A stretch of 64,000 bases of DNA from an uncultured Acidobacteriota bacterium (lineage in GTDB: Bacteria; Acidobacteriota; Thermoanaerobaculia; Gp7-AA8). Shown piece by piece: positions 32,763 to 43,260 of the stretch. Location: positions 320,001 through 384,000 of the forward strand of contig CAWGHO010000002.1 of assembly GCA_963822445.1 (NCBI GenBank), read 5' to 3'. The position numbers and the translations under genes are program-made. Numbering within the stretch: position 1 is the stretch's first letter; every line of letters begins with the position of its first letter. The notes beneath the pieces are model-generated. The model was not told where the DNA came from, did not search any database, and saw only the letters and a program-made list of their open reading frames with translations.

Positions 32763-33644
32763 TCATTGTAGGCGACGGAGGTCGGTTTCGGCAGCGATAT
32801 AGGCAAACGCCGGCCACTGACTTCCTTCCGTCACGCGCAAAAAGATCGGCCGCGCTTTCTCGGGCTGGCCGCTATACAGCCACCAGTTGCCGATGCCGTA
32901 GAGGATGGTCGCGCCATCGACGGTTTTCGGGTCCTGCATCGCCTCCAGCTCGTCGGGCGACACCTCGCCGCGGTACATCAGCAGGAGCTTGTGATACGCC
33001 GTGTTCTCGATGACATCCATCTCCACGTTGATGGGCGTCAGCACTTCTTCAGCTTCCTTCGCGCGTCCGAGGCGGCGGAGGGTCATGTACAGCCAGTGCG
33101 AGGTCGAGACGACGCCGTCCGGGTTCTTCGAGACTTTCAGCGCTTCCTGGTAGGCGTTGAGCGCGCGCTCGAAGTCGCCTTTGAGGTAATGGGCGAGGCC
33201 GAGGTGATACCAGATGTTCGATTGCAGCGTGCTCGTGGGGATGTTGCGCGCGTTGGGAAGTCCGTCCGGCTCGATCTCATCGGGACGGCCGCCGATGATC
33301 GACGCGGCCTGCTTCAGATCCTGGATGGCGTGGTCGAACTGGCGGAGGGTGATCCAGCGATGGCCGCGATGGCGATACATGCGCGCGTCGCGGGGATGGC
33401 GGTTGATGCCGTGGCTGAAGATGTCGATCGCTTCGGCGTAGCGTCCGAGGTAGGCCGTGCGGCGGCCCAGCCAGATGATCGCGTCGGCGTCGTTCGGGTT
33501 CGCCTCGTAGGCCGCGCGCGCTTCGGCAAGGTTCTGTTCGTGACGCGCGCGCGTCTCGGCAGACATCACCGGCGGCGGAGGCGTCGGCAGCGGCGCGGTA
33601 GTCGTGCAAGCTGCGAGGAGAAGGAGTACGGCGATCGAGCGCAT
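32763..33644 (-). CDS. TPR repeat lipoprotein
   Basis: MRSIAVLLLLAAC lipobox; TPR-like repeats (WYHLGLAHYLKGDFERA). Confidence 0.8.
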   Translation of the reverse strand: MRSIAVLLLLAACTTTAPLPTPPPPVMSAETRARHEQNLAEARAAYEANPNDADAIIWLGRRTAYLGRYAEAIDIFSHGINRHPRDARMYRHRGHRWITLRQFDHAIQDLKQAASIIGGRPDEIEPDGLPNARNIPTSTLQSNIWYHLGLAHYLKGDFERALNAYQEALKVSKNPDGVVSTSHWLYMTLRRLGRAKEAEEVLTPINVEMDVIENTAYHKLLLMYRGEVSPDELEAMQDPKTVDGATILYGIGNWWLYSGQPEKARPIFLRVTEGSQWPAFAYIAAETDLRRLQ

Positions 33645-33659
33645 GATGTAATCGTATCG

Positions 33660-34682
33660 GTGAAAGCGGAGATCGTCATCGCGGGTGCCGGCGTGATGGG
33701 TTGCAGCATCGCCTGGCACCTCGCCAAGCGCGGCCGGCGCAACATCGTGGTCGTCGATCGCGCGGCTGACTTCGGCGGCGGCAGCACGCCGAAAGCGACG
33801 GGCGGCTTTCGCGCGCAGTTCGACAGCGCGACCAACGTGCGGCTTTCGCTGCTCTCACGCGAGAAGCTGCAGCAGTTCGATTCCGGTTACCGGCCGTACG
33901 GCTACCTGTTCCTCGCCTGCAGCGAGGAGGAGTTGGAAACACTCGAAGCGTCGCAAAACGTGCAGCACGCGGCCGGACTGCACGAGGCGCGGATGATCAC
34001 CGCGCGCGAAGCTCGCCATCTCAATCCGGCCATCGGCGACGAGCGGGTGATCGGCGGGACGTTCTGCCCGACGGATGGCTTCATCCGGGCGATGAAGATT
34101 CTCAATTACTACGCGGAGGGCGCGCGGAAGCTCGGCGTGCGCTTCGAGTTCAACACGACGGTCGATGTGAACGAGATCGATGCGCCGATCGTGATCAACG
34201 CGCTCGGTGCCTGGTCCGGACCGCCGGTGACGCCGTTGCGCCGCAACGTGCTGGCCACCGTCCCCACCGACCTGCTGCCGGACACGATGCCGATGACCGT
34301 GTGGGCCGGCGACTGGTTCCATCTGCGCGTTCGCGACGGACGGGTGTTGTTGCTCTGGCCGGACGATCCGCCGATCGATGACGAGGCCTGGCGCGAGGAA
34401 GTGCTGCGGCTGACGCGCGAGCGCGTGCCGATGCTGAAGGATCTGCCGATCGAGGAGAGCTGGTCGGGGCTGTATGAGATGTCGCCGGATGGACATGCGT
34501 TGCTGGGCGAGGTGCGCGACGGGCTGTACATCGCCGCGGGATCATCGGGGCATGGGGTGATGCACGCGCCGGCGCTCGGGCAGTTACTGGCGGAGTTGAT
34601 CGTCGATGGGCGGACGTCGATTGATGTCAGCGCGATGGATCCGGGACGGTTCTGGACTGCGGCGGCAAAGCCGCCGCTCTGA
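33660..34682 (+). CDS. FAD-dependent oxidoreductase (DAO/sarcosine oxidase beta-like)
   Basis: GAGVMGCSIA (GxGxxG), GST..ATGG, WSGLYEMSPDG, SGHGVMHAP. Confidence 0.88.
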   Translation: MKAEIVIAGAGVMGCSIAWHLAKRGRRNIVVVDRAADFGGGSTPKATGGFRAQFDSATNVRLSLLSREKLQQFDSGYRPYGYLFLACSEEELETLEASQNVQHAAGLHEARMITAREARHLNPAIGDERVIGGTFCPTDGFIRAMKILNYYAEGARKLGVRFEFNTTVDVNEIDAPIVINALGAWSGPPVTPLRRNVLATVPTDLLPDTMPMTVWAGDWFHLRVRDGRVLLLWPDDPPIDDEAWREEVLRLTRERVPMLKDLPIEESWSGLYEMSPDGHALLGEVRDGLYIAAGSSGHGVMHAPALGQLLAELIVDGRTSIDVSAMDPGRFWTAAAKPPL

Positions 34683-34760
34683 CTCGCGGCAGCAGAGCTG
34701 CCGCGCGACGCGGCCGTGCCGCGTCGATTGAGAGCGGTAGCTTTGCTACCGCAGTCCAGA
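34651..34760. repeat. REPIN-like four-hairpin element between convergent genes
   Basis: 30-bp inverted terminal units, each an internal hairpin, plus two internal 9-bp stems. Confidence 0.75.
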
Positions 34761-35504
34761 GAGGATCAACGAGCAGCAGGTCACGCCGCCCTCCGCCTTG
34801 GCCAGCTCGCTCTGATCCACCGCCCGCATGTCCAGGCCGTAAGCACGAAGTCGCGAAAGCGTCCGCGTCAACTCGCTCGGATAAATCACCACGTCGCCAA
34901 GCATCAACGCGTTCCCCCCGAACGGCTCCGCCGGATCGACGTCGATGAACTTCCATCCCTCAAACGCTGCCTCATCCACGCAATCGCGATTGATGAGCAG
35001 CGTGTCTTGCGACACGCGCGTCACGCCGGTCTTCAGATGCAAACAGCCCTCGACGCGAACCGGAATGACCTCGCGGCGCGTGTGAAAGCGCAGTTGCCCG
35101 ATCGCCGCTTCATTCGTCCGCGCGGACAGGCCGACGTAAATCCGCTCATCAAGGACGAGCACGTCGCCGCCGTCGATCGTGGCCGGCGCCTCGATGTGCA
35201 CGAGCGGGCGGTACTTCTCCAGCGCATCGGCCACCACGCGCGTCTCGCCGCGGCGCGACTCCGCGCCGGGACGCGTGATCACAGCCATGTCGTCCAGCAC
35301 GATGGCCGTGTCTTCGATGAACACGCAATCGGGATAGCGATCGTCGGCGGGCAGATTCACCAGCTCGCAGCCGAGCGATTCCAGCAGACGGCGGTACTGA
35401 TGGTGCTGATAGCCCGCCAGCACGTAGTCGATGCGCTGCGGCTCGACATGCGTCAGCTCGGCCTGCTGAATGGTGCGGCTCACGTCGCGGGTAATGGCGA
35501 TCAT
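34746..35504 (-). CDS. Dimethylarginine dimethylaminohydrolase (amidinotransferase family)
   Basis: PDCVFIEDTA, RRGET, IDGGDV, CLHLKT, EGGVTCCS. Confidence 0.9.
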   Translation of the reverse strand: MIAITRDVSRTIQQAELTHVEPQRIDYVLAGYQHHQYRRLLESLGCELVNLPADDRYPDCVFIEDTAIVLDDMAVITRPGAESRRGETRVVADALEKYRPLVHIEAPATIDGGDVLVLDERIYVGLSARTNEAAIGQLRFHTRREVIPVRVEGCLHLKTGVTRVSQDTLLINRDCVDEAAFEGWKFIDVDPAEPFGGNALMLGDVVIYPSELTRTLSRLRAYGLDMRAVDQSELAKAEGGVTCCSLILSGLR

Positions 35505-36115
35505 CGCGCGGCCTTCACGATCTCGCCGGCGATCAACTCGGTGTGCTCGACCAGGCCGTGATCGCCGTCGGGAATCTCGATGAACTTCGACGGCGGCTTC
35601 ATGTCCCAGCGATCCCACTGCGCGCGAACCATGTCGAAGGGGACGGTCTCATCGAGACGTCCCATGATCGCCGTGACCGGCACCGGCGGCGGCGCATCGT
35701 CGATGTGCAGCGTCGACATCTGCTCGAAGAACGCGCGGTGAATCCACGCGTCCGCGCCGAGGGCGTGATTGAAGACTTTTACCGGATCGGTGGCGGGGAG
35801 CTTCTCCTGCCAGCGGTGCGCGACGCCGAGGGCGGGGGCGATGAGGACAAGGGGAACGTGGATGCCGCTCTTCGCCACCGCCAGCGCGACCAGCGCACCA
35901 AGCGAGCTGCCGACCATCGCCTTCGGCGGCGTTCGATGCGCCTCCGAGACCGCGTGCGCGACGATCGCGTTCCAATCGAGGCTCGCGAACGACGGCGCGT
36001 TGAGATCGGGCGTGTTCAGTTCGATGCCGTGCGGCTCGACCAGCGGCCGCAGCGCGGTGATCTTCGCGCTCGCCGGCGAGGACGCGAAGCCGTGGAAGTA
36101 GAGGACGGATGTCAT
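35501..36115 (-). CDS. YqiA/YcfP (UPF0227) alpha/beta hydrolase
   Basis: YFHGFASSP.SAK, GSSLG, DETVP, GDH. Confidence 0.88.
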   Translation of the reverse strand: MTSVLYFHGFASSPASAKITALRPLVEPHGIELNTPDLNAPSFASLDWNAIVAHAVSEAHRTPPKAMVGSSLGALVALAVAKSGIHVPLVLIAPALGVAHRWQEKLPATDPVKVFNHALGADAWIHRAFFEQMSTLHIDDAPPPVPVTAIMGRLDETVPFDMVRAQWDRWDMKPPSKFIEIPDGDHGLVEHTELIAGEIVKAAR

Positions 36116-36147
36116 GCGCGGCGGCATTATCATCGTGGGACTCACAA

Positions 36148-38694
36148 ATGCCCACGCCCACCCCCGATCAGGACGCCACCGCGCGCGTCGATTCCGACGT
36201 TCGCTACACGCCCTCTCCGCGCGGCCCGCAGGTGCAGTTCGCGCCGGGAACGATCATCGCCGAGCGTTACCGCATCTCCGGCATCCTCGGCACGGGCGGT
36301 ATGGGCGAGGTCTATCGCGCGGACGACACCAAGCTCGATCAGGCGGTGGCGCTCAAGTTCCTTCCGGCGCGCCTCGCCCGCGATCAGGTTCTTCTGGCGC
36401 GTCTCCACGACGAAGTCCGCCTCGGACGCCAGATCGCCCATCCGAACGTCTGCCGCATCTACGACATCGTCGACTGGGAAGGCGCGCACTTCGTGGCCAT
36501 GGAGTTCGTCGACGGCGAGGACCTGTCGCGTCTACTGCGGCGCATCGGCCGGCTCGCGCATGACAAGGCGGTGGACATCGCTCGCGGCATTGCGGCAGGA
36601 CTCATGGCCGCACACGCGAAGGGAATCCTGCATCGCGATCTCAAGCCGGCGAACATCATCATCGACTCGCACGGCGACTCGCGGATCATGGACTTCGGTC
36701 TCGCCCTCGCCGCGGGTGAAGACGACGGCACGATCTCGGGTACGCCCGCGTACATGGCGCCGGAGCAACTGGAAGGTGCGCCGGCGACCATTCAAAGCGA
36801 CCTGTACGCGCTCGGCCTGGTGATGTACGAGCTCTTTACCGGCAAGCGCGCCCACAACGCGCGCACGTTGCCGGAGCGGTTGCGCGATTCGTCGAGCCAG
36901 ATCAGGACGCCGTCGGAAATGATTCGCGATCTCGACCCCGCGGTCGAGCGCGTGATTCTGCGCTGCCTCTCGAACCATCCGTCGCAACGGCCTCGCTCCG
37001 CGCGCGAGGTCATCGAGTCGCTACCCGGCGGCGATCCGCTCGCCGCGGCGCTGGCCGCGGGGGAAACACCGTCGCCGAGAATCGTCGCCGCGGCGGGAAA
37101 GGAAGGAAGCCTTTCACGGTCCGTGGCCTGGTCGCTCCTCGGCGTCATCGCGATTCTCTTCGGCCTGCAGTCGTACGTCCGCGGCGAGCGCAGCCGCGGC
37201 CAGTACGGTCCTCCCCTGCTGTCGCCGGAGATCCTTCACGACCGCGCCACCGCAATTCTCAGGACACATGGCGTCCCGGCGCCGGGGGAACCGATTGCCG
37301 CGTTCTTCGAGCGCGGCGAGATCGACGCCTGGATGTACAAAGCCCACCACTGGACCCCGCTCAGACACGGGCCCGATCCGATCACCTACCGGCTCGAGTA
37401 CGGCGTCTCGCGGCTCGAATCCGAACGGATGGACCGAACGGCCATCGGGCCCGGCCGGACTTCGATCGAGATGGACGGTCACGGCCGGCTCGTGTTTCTG
37501 CAGACCATCCCGAAAGGGGACGTTCCATCGAAAAGCGCCGACTGGAACGCGCTGCTGCAGTCGGCGGGATTCGAGAGCAGCAAGCTTCGCGCGACGCCGG
37601 CGCGATTCATCGCGCCGGCACCTTACGACACGCTGCGGCACTGGGAGGGAACCTATCCCGGCGACGACACGCCGATTCGTGTGGAGGCGGCCTCGTTCCG
37701 CGGCCTGCCGACGTATCTGCGCGTCACCGGACCGTGGGACGACGTCGCCGATCCGATGAAGGACATGCCCTTCAGTTCGTCGGGAAGGGCCGGCCTGTTG
37801 CTGGCGTGGGTCGTCCCCATCATCACGCTGATCGGCGTCCTGCTGGCGTGGCGAAACCTTCATCTGCGCCGCGGCGACCGGCAGGGCGCGCTACGGATGG
37901 CAGCGGTCGTGTTTGTCTGCACGCTGATCGGCTTGCTGCTGGAACGGGCATCGATGCGCGGCTTTCGCGAGGCCACCGTGATTTTCACCGATTGCGTCGC
38001 ACAGGCGCTTTTCGGGGCGGCGGCGCTCTACCTCTTCTACATCGCCGTGGAGCCGTTCATCCGCCGGCGCTGGCCGACGTTGCTGATCGGCTGGGCGCGC
38101 CTGGCCGCCGGTCAGGTTCGCGATCCGATGGTCGGACGCGACGTGTTGATCGGCATCATCGGCGGGCTGCTCCACTCCCTCATGGCGTCGGGATCCGACA
38201 TCATTGTGCTGCGCCTCACCGGTGTCGACGATGGGCCTTTCCTGGGCAACAGCGGGGTGCTGGTCGGACTGGGGGCTTCGATCGCCCAGGTTCTGCTCGG
38301 GACCACTTACGCGATCACTCAGGGGTTGATGGTGACCATCCTGCTGGTCGTCTTCATGCTGGTTCTCCGGAAACGCGCGTTTGCCGGCGCGGCATTGTTT
38401 GGAGTGTGGCTGACCGCCTACATCGTCGCCAGCGGAGGCGGCTGGGCGATCTTCCCGGCCATCGCGTTTCTGGCTCTGATGCTCACCGTCATCTCCATCC
38501 GGTACGGGCTGCTCGCTTTTTGCGTGCTTCAGGCGACCTTCATCACGATCTTCTCGATTCCGAACGTGTCGGGGTCATGGGCAACGCCGCACGTGATCAT
38601 TCCCTTCACGGTCGTGGCTCTGCTCGCGCTCTGGGCTTTCCGCACATCCCTCGGCGGACAGAGTCTTCTCGGCGAAGGCGTCCTCGGCGACTAG
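36148..38694 (+). CDS. Membrane Ser/Thr protein kinase (Hanks type) with extracytoplasmic and multi-TM C-terminal region
   Basis: GTGGMGEVY, VALKFL, HRDLKPAN, DFG, GTPAYMAPE. Confidence 0.92.
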   Translation: MPTPTPDQDATARVDSDVRYTPSPRGPQVQFAPGTIIAERYRISGILGTGGMGEVYRADDTKLDQAVALKFLPARLARDQVLLARLHDEVRLGRQIAHPNVCRIYDIVDWEGAHFVAMEFVDGEDLSRLLRRIGRLAHDKAVDIARGIAAGLMAAHAKGILHRDLKPANIIIDSHGDSRIMDFGLALAAGEDDGTISGTPAYMAPEQLEGAPATIQSDLYALGLVMYELFTGKRAHNARTLPERLRDSSSQIRTPSEMIRDLDPAVERVILRCLSNHPSQRPRSAREVIESLPGGDPLAAALAAGETPSPRIVAAAGKEGSLSRSVAWSLLGVIAILFGLQSYVRGERSRGQYGPPLLSPEILHDRATAILRTHGVPAPGEPIAAFFERGEIDAWMYKAHHWTPLRHGPDPITYRLEYGVSRLESERMDRTAIGPGRTSIEMDGHGRLVFLQTIPKGDVPSKSADWNALLQSAGFESSKLRATPARFIAPAPYDTLRHWEGTYPGDDTPIRVEAASFRGLPTYLRVTGPWDDVADPMKDMPFSSSGRAGLLLAWVVPIITLIGVLLAWRNLHLRRGDRQGALRMAAVVFVCTLIGLLLERASMRGFREATVIFTDCVAQALFGAAALYLFYIAVEPFIRRRWPTLLIGWARLAAGQVRDPMVGRDVLIGIIGGLLHSLMASGSDIIVLRLTGVDDGPFLGNSGVLVGLGASIAQVLLGTTYAITQGLMVTILLVVFMLVLRKRAFAGAALFGVWLTAYIVASGGGWAIFPAIAFLALMLTVISIRYGLLAFCVLQATFITIFSIPNVSGSWATPHVIIPFTVVALLALWAFRTSLGGQSLLGEGVLGD

Positions 38695-39311
38695 CTCGCG
38701 CGATAGGCCTTCTCGGCGCCCGGCGGAACCTGCGAGATCTCCTCGAAAGTCACGCCTTCAATGTCGCCCGCCGCGTCGCGCACCGCTTTCGTGAGCAACA
38801 CTTCGTAGGGCCGCGCGGTGTTCTCGCCGAGGATGCAGGCGGAGTTGACCTCTTCGCCGAAGACGTCCGAGTCGCCGATGCGCAACACCCGGCCGAAGCC
38901 GAGGCCGACGCCGAGGAGCACGTGATCCACCGGCCTCTTCGACTCGTTGTACTCGCGTACGGTGCGCTGCATCTCCAGAGAGGCGAGGATGGCTTTGCGC
39001 GGATTGCGGAAGATCACGAAGAAGCTGTCCCCTTCGACCTTCAGCAGGATGCCGTCGTGACTCTCCACGACCGGCACGAGGATGCGCTCGGACTCGTAGA
39101 TGGTCTGCAGGAAATGGATGATGCCGAACTCGGCGACGCCGCGCGAGAAGCCGGAGAGATCGGTGGCCATGATGCACCACTCCTCACCAAACAGATCCCA
39201 GATGCGGCGATCGACGGCCTCAGTATCCGCGCCGTCCGTCAGACGCTCGGTGATGAGTTTCTGCAGGCGGTCTTCGGAGGCTCCATGAACGATGACCCGG
39301 CGATAGGACAT
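38691..39311 (-). CDS. Stand-alone class III adenylate/guanylate cyclase domain protein
   Basis: TDLSGFS, LLKVEGDS, DVFGEEVN. Confidence 0.85.
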   Translation of the reverse strand: MSYRRVIVHGASEDRLQKLITERLTDGADTEAVDRRIWDLFGEEWCIMATDLSGFSRGVAEFGIIHFLQTIYESERILVPVVESHDGILLKVEGDSFFVIFRNPRKAILASLEMQRTVREYNESKRPVDHVLLGVGLGFGRVLRIGDSDVFGEEVNSACILGENTARPYEVLLTKAVRDAAGDIEGVTFEEISQVPPGAEKAYRAS

Positions 39312-39398
39312 GCGGGCGGCATTGTAGTTTTTCCCAACGTTCACCGCCGCGGCACATCGCCCACCTATCATCCTTCGCGTCAACAGAAGGAGAAAACC

Positions 39399-40532
39399 AT
39401 GCGTCGTCCAGTCATCGCGTCCCTGGCGGTCGTGCTGCTGCTTTGCGCGTCGGCCGCCACCGCTCAAATCACAACGCCGCCCAGCGGCGACAATCAGAAA
39501 TCCTCGGTCACGCAGTACATCGGTCTGGTCAAAGTCACCATCGACTACAACAGCCCCGACGTCCACGCTCCGAACGGTGAGGATCGCGCCGGCAAGATCT
39601 GGGGCACGCTCGTTCCGTGGGGCGCGCCTGACGATCCATTCGGAACGTGCACGGAATGCCCGTGGCGCGCGGGCGCGAACGAGAACACGGTGCTTTCGGT
39701 CTCGCACGACGTGAAGATCGAAGGACAGCCGCTTCCTGCCGGCCGCTATGGCCTCTTCATGATTCCGGGGCAGGACGAATGGACGATGGTCCTGTCGAAG
39801 AACGCCGACTCCTGGGGCAGCTACTACTACGACGCCGCCGAAGACGCGCTGCGCGTGAAGGTGAAGCCGGCCAAGAGCGAGTACCACGAGTTCCTGACGT
39901 ACGAGTTCGACGATCGCCGTCCGTCGAAAGCGACCGCGGCCCTGAAGTGGGAGAACCTGCAGGTCCCCTTCACCATCACCGTCGACAACATGACCGACCT
40001 GTACATGACCCAGATCCGCAACCAGCTGCGGAACAACACCGGCTTCCAGTGGGTGAACTGGGTGAACGCGGCGAACTTCGCTCTCAATGCGAAGCGGCCG
40101 AAAGAGGCGCTGGAGTTTGCGCAAGCCGCGGTGAGCCGTCAGTTCGTCGGTCAGGAGAACTTCCGCACGCTGAGCATCCTCGCCGACGCACAGGACGCCG
40201 CGGGCATGGCCGCGGAATCGAAGGCGACGCGCGAGAAGGCGCTCGCGCACAGCAGCGCCGGTCCGATCGATCTCCATCAGTACGCCCGCCAGCTGCTCGG
40301 CAAAGGACAGAAGGAAGAAGCCCTGCGCGTCTGGGAGCTGAACGCGAAGCGCCATCAGAATGCCTGGCCGGTGAACGTCGGCCTCGCGCGCGGCTACTCC
40401 GCCGTCGGCCGCTACAAAGATGCGCTGAAGCACGCGAAGCTCGCCCTCGCGCAGGCGCCGGATGACGTGAACCGGAAGGCGCTGGAAGAAGGAATCAAGA
40501 AGCTCGAGGCTGGGAAAGATATGAATTCCTGA
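39399..40532 (+). CDS. DUF2911 domain protein with C-terminal TPR, exported
   Basis: AAGGAG SD; signal peptide; KIWGTLVP, WRAGANENT, LPAGRYGLF. Confidence 0.85.
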   Translation: MRRPVIASLAVVLLLCASAATAQITTPPSGDNQKSSVTQYIGLVKVTIDYNSPDVHAPNGEDRAGKIWGTLVPWGAPDDPFGTCTECPWRAGANENTVLSVSHDVKIEGQPLPAGRYGLFMIPGQDEWTMVLSKNADSWGSYYYDAAEDALRVKVKPAKSEYHEFLTYEFDDRRPSKATAALKWENLQVPFTITVDNMTDLYMTQIRNQLRNNTGFQWVNWVNAANFALNAKRPKEALEFAQAAVSRQFVGQENFRTLSILADAQDAAGMAAESKATREKALAHSSAGPIDLHQYARQLLGKGQKEEALRVWELNAKRHQNAWPVNVGLARGYSAVGRYKDALKHAKLALAQAPDDVNRKALEEGIKKLEAGKDMNS

Positions 40533-41687
40533 GCCTCATCATCGCCATGATGCCGAGGAGTGGGCCGGGCGCGAGGAACGCGAAGGCCCACTCCCACCCT
40601 ACCCTCGCCACAAGCAGCGGCAGCATGCGGATCGAGATCGTCGTGATCAGGAAGCCGATGCAGGTCTGCAGCGTGAGCGCGGTTCCGAGGTAGCGGGGAT
40701 CTCCGTACTCGGTGACGCACGCGGAGAACTGCGCGGAGTCGGCGACGACCGTCGCGCCCCAGATCACGGCCGAGGATCAGCAGCGTCAGCGGCGCCTTCC
40801 CGTAAGAGGAAGCCGATGGTGAGGCAGCACAGCCCGCTCGCCGCCATGGCCGCCGAGGCCACGACCGCGCGGCCGATGCGATCGGCGAGCGGCCGGCGGC
40901 GACGCATCCGATCGCGCCCGCGCCGATCACGGCGAACGAGGCTGCTCTCCGCGAGCTTCGGCGAGTCGCCGCTGGCGGCGACGCTGGCGCGGATCATCAC
41001 CGGCGCCCAGGTCCACATCGCGTACAGCTCCCACATGTGGCCGAAGTAGCCGAAGTTCGCCAGGCGCACGCCGCGATTGCTGAAACACCTTCATGATCTG
41101 CGAGAGATCGAACGGCTGGTTCGGCAGCGCGTAAGGTCCGTCGCGAACGAAGCCAGAGCACGATGGCCGAGGAGATCGCCGCGAGCACGGAGGCATGCCC
41201 ACGCTTCATCCGCCAGCTCTCCGAGCCGAAGGCGTTGACAGGTACGGCGAGGCCTTGCCGAGAGTCAGCGCGCCGACGAGGACGCCGAGGGCGAAGCCGC
41301 GGCCGGTCTTGAACCAGGTGGCGATGATCTTCATCCCCGGCGGATAGACGCCCGCGAGAAAGACGCCGGTGAGAAAGCGGAGGATGATGGCCGCGGCTGA
41401 CGCTCGTCGATCATCATGACCAGGAGCAGATTGGCGAGCGCGCCGAGCAGCGCGCAGATGGCGAAGAGACGCCGCACGCTGATGACATCGGGAAGATTGA
41501 GCGTGGCGCTGAGGAGGGTTCCCGCGACGAACCCGAGTTGCACGGCCAGAGTCAGCCAGGCGGTCGTTGCGGGATCGAGCCGCCACTCGTTCGCGATCTC
41601 CGGCGCGACCGCGGAGACTCCGAACCACAGTCCCATGGCCAGGAGCTCGGCGATGGCGACGAGGGTCAGCGCGCGGTAGCGATGCAC
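40495..41687 (-). CDS. MFS transporter; multiple frameshifts
   Basis: Collinear fragments: LTLAVQLGFVAGT, GVYPPGMK, YFGHMWELYAMW, VVADSAQFSA. Confidence 0.8.
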
Positions 41688-41812
41688 CGCGCGATGGTAA
41701 GCGGCCTACCCCGGGTTCGTGGACAGCTTCACGCGGAGGGGGACGCGCCGGAGGATTTGCATAGGTGCGGCATTATGCAACTTTTCCTCCGGCGCGCAAG
41801 TCCACTTTTGGA

Positions 41813-42769
41813 CTACACCTGACTTTGCGGACGAACCGGCAAACGCGGCTCGGGAACGGCGTTCTGCTTGATCGCGCCAAGCGCGAGCTGCAGCATGCCC
41901 GTGACGTCGGCGATGTTCGCCGGCACGACCATCGAGGTGCCGCTCTTCGCCAGGTTGCCGAACTCCTTCACGTACTGCTCGGCCAGACGAAGCTGCATCG
42001 CTTCGAAGCCGCCGGGCATCTTCATCGTCTCGGCAACGAGACGGATGCCTTCCGCGGTCGCGGTGGCGATGGCCGTGATGGCGCTGGCCTGACCTTCGGC
42101 CTCGTTGATCTGCTGCTGGCGCTTCGCTTCCGAGTTCTTGATCACCTGCTGCTTGTGACCCTCGGCGCTGTTGATCGCGGCATCGCGCTCACCTTCGGAC
42201 TGCAGGATGACGGCGCGCTTCTCGCGCTCCGCGCGCATCTGCTTTTCCATCGCCGCAAGCACGTCCTGCGGCGGGGTGATGTTCTTGATCTCGTAGCGGA
42301 GGACCTTCACGCCCCACGCTTCCGAGGCCTTGTCCACTTCCTGGACGACCTGGGAGTTGATGTTCGTCCGCTCTTCGAACGTGCGGTCGAGATCGATCTT
42401 GCCGATCTCGCTGCGGAGGTTCGTCTGCGCGAGCTGCGAGATCGCGTACGTGTAATCGGAGATGCCGTACGACGCGCGCTCGGCGTTGAGGATCTTGAAG
42501 TACAGAACGCCGTCGACGCCGACCTGCACGTTGTCTTTGGTGATGCAGATCTGCTCGGGCACGTCGAGGGCAATCTCTTTCAACGAGTGCTTGTAGCGAA
42601 CCGTATCCACGAAGGGCCAGAGGATGTGCAGCCCTGCGCCGAGCGTGTCGTTGAACTTTCCGAGCCGCTCGACCACCCAGGCCTGCTGCTGGGGGACGAC
42701 GCGAACGATTTTCGAGATCAGCACCATTGCGAAAATGGCAATGACGATTACTACGATTGTTTCGGCCAT
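41813..42769 (-). CDS. SPFH/Band 7 domain protein (QmcA/paraslipin-like)
   Basis: VVERLGKF, QICITKDNVQV, LRSEIGK, MEKQMRAEREKRA. Confidence 0.93.
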   Translation of the reverse strand: MAETIVVIVIAIFAMVLISKIVRVVPQQQAWVVERLGKFNDTLGAGLHILWPFVDTVRYKHSLKEIALDVPEQICITKDNVQVGVDGVLYFKILNAERASYGISDYTYAISQLAQTNLRSEIGKIDLDRTFEERTNINSQVVQEVDKASEAWGVKVLRYEIKNITPPQDVLAAMEKQMRAEREKRAVILQSEGERDAAINSAEGHKQQVIKNSEAKRQQQINEAEGQASAITAIATATAEGIRLVAETMKMPGGFEAMQLRLAEQYVKEFGNLAKSGTSMVVPANIADVTGMLQLALGAIKQNAVPEPRLPVRPQSQV

Positions 42770-42810
42770 GGCTTGTTCCTCACGTGTTGGTTGGTGATTG
42801 GTTGTTCGGC

Positions 42811-43236
42811 TTACGAGGCTCGAACATGAATGACGAGGCCTTCTACTCCGGCAACCGTGCATCGCTGGCCACGCATGAGCACGGTTTCGCCGACATTGCG
42901 CGCGTTCCACGTCGAGCCGCGCATCTCGGCCTTGCCGAGGCCGGCGATGGGGATCTCGTCGAGGGTCAGGGCCTGCTCGCCGACCAGCGAATCGACGACT
43001 TTCGTGTTGTGCAGCCGCAGTTTCCGCACGAGCACGGGGCGCACGAAGAAGAAGCCGAGGAGGGAGACGACAATGAAGGTGAGAAGCTCGCCCCACAGCG
43101 GCATGTCCACGCCGAAACCCACGAGAGCGGCGACGACGAAGGCACCGAGGGCGAACAGCCCGATGTGCATCGACGTGGATGCGAATTCGGCTGCCAGCAG
43201 CGCGACGCCGATGAGAACCCAGATCCACCAGGACAT
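42811..43236 (-). CDS. NfeD family protein (short form)
   Basis: TM N-terminus, LVGEQA..G..EMRGSTWNAR OB fold; directly upstream of SPFH gene. Confidence 0.9.
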   Translation of the reverse strand: MSWWIWVLIGVALLAAEFASTSMHIGLFALGAFVVAALVGFGVDMPLWGELLTFIVVSLLGFFFVRPVLVRKLRLHNTKVVDSLVGEQALTLDEIPIAGLGKAEMRGSTWNARNVGETVLMRGQRCTVAGVEGLVIHVRAS

Positions 43237-43260
43237 TTTGTGTGTGCGGATTTTACATGA

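Noticed and set aside
33660-35504. DDAH plus sarcosine-oxidase-like gene as a methylarginine pathway
   Set aside because: The genes are convergent, not co-transcribed, and the oxidase substrate cannot be inferred from sequence
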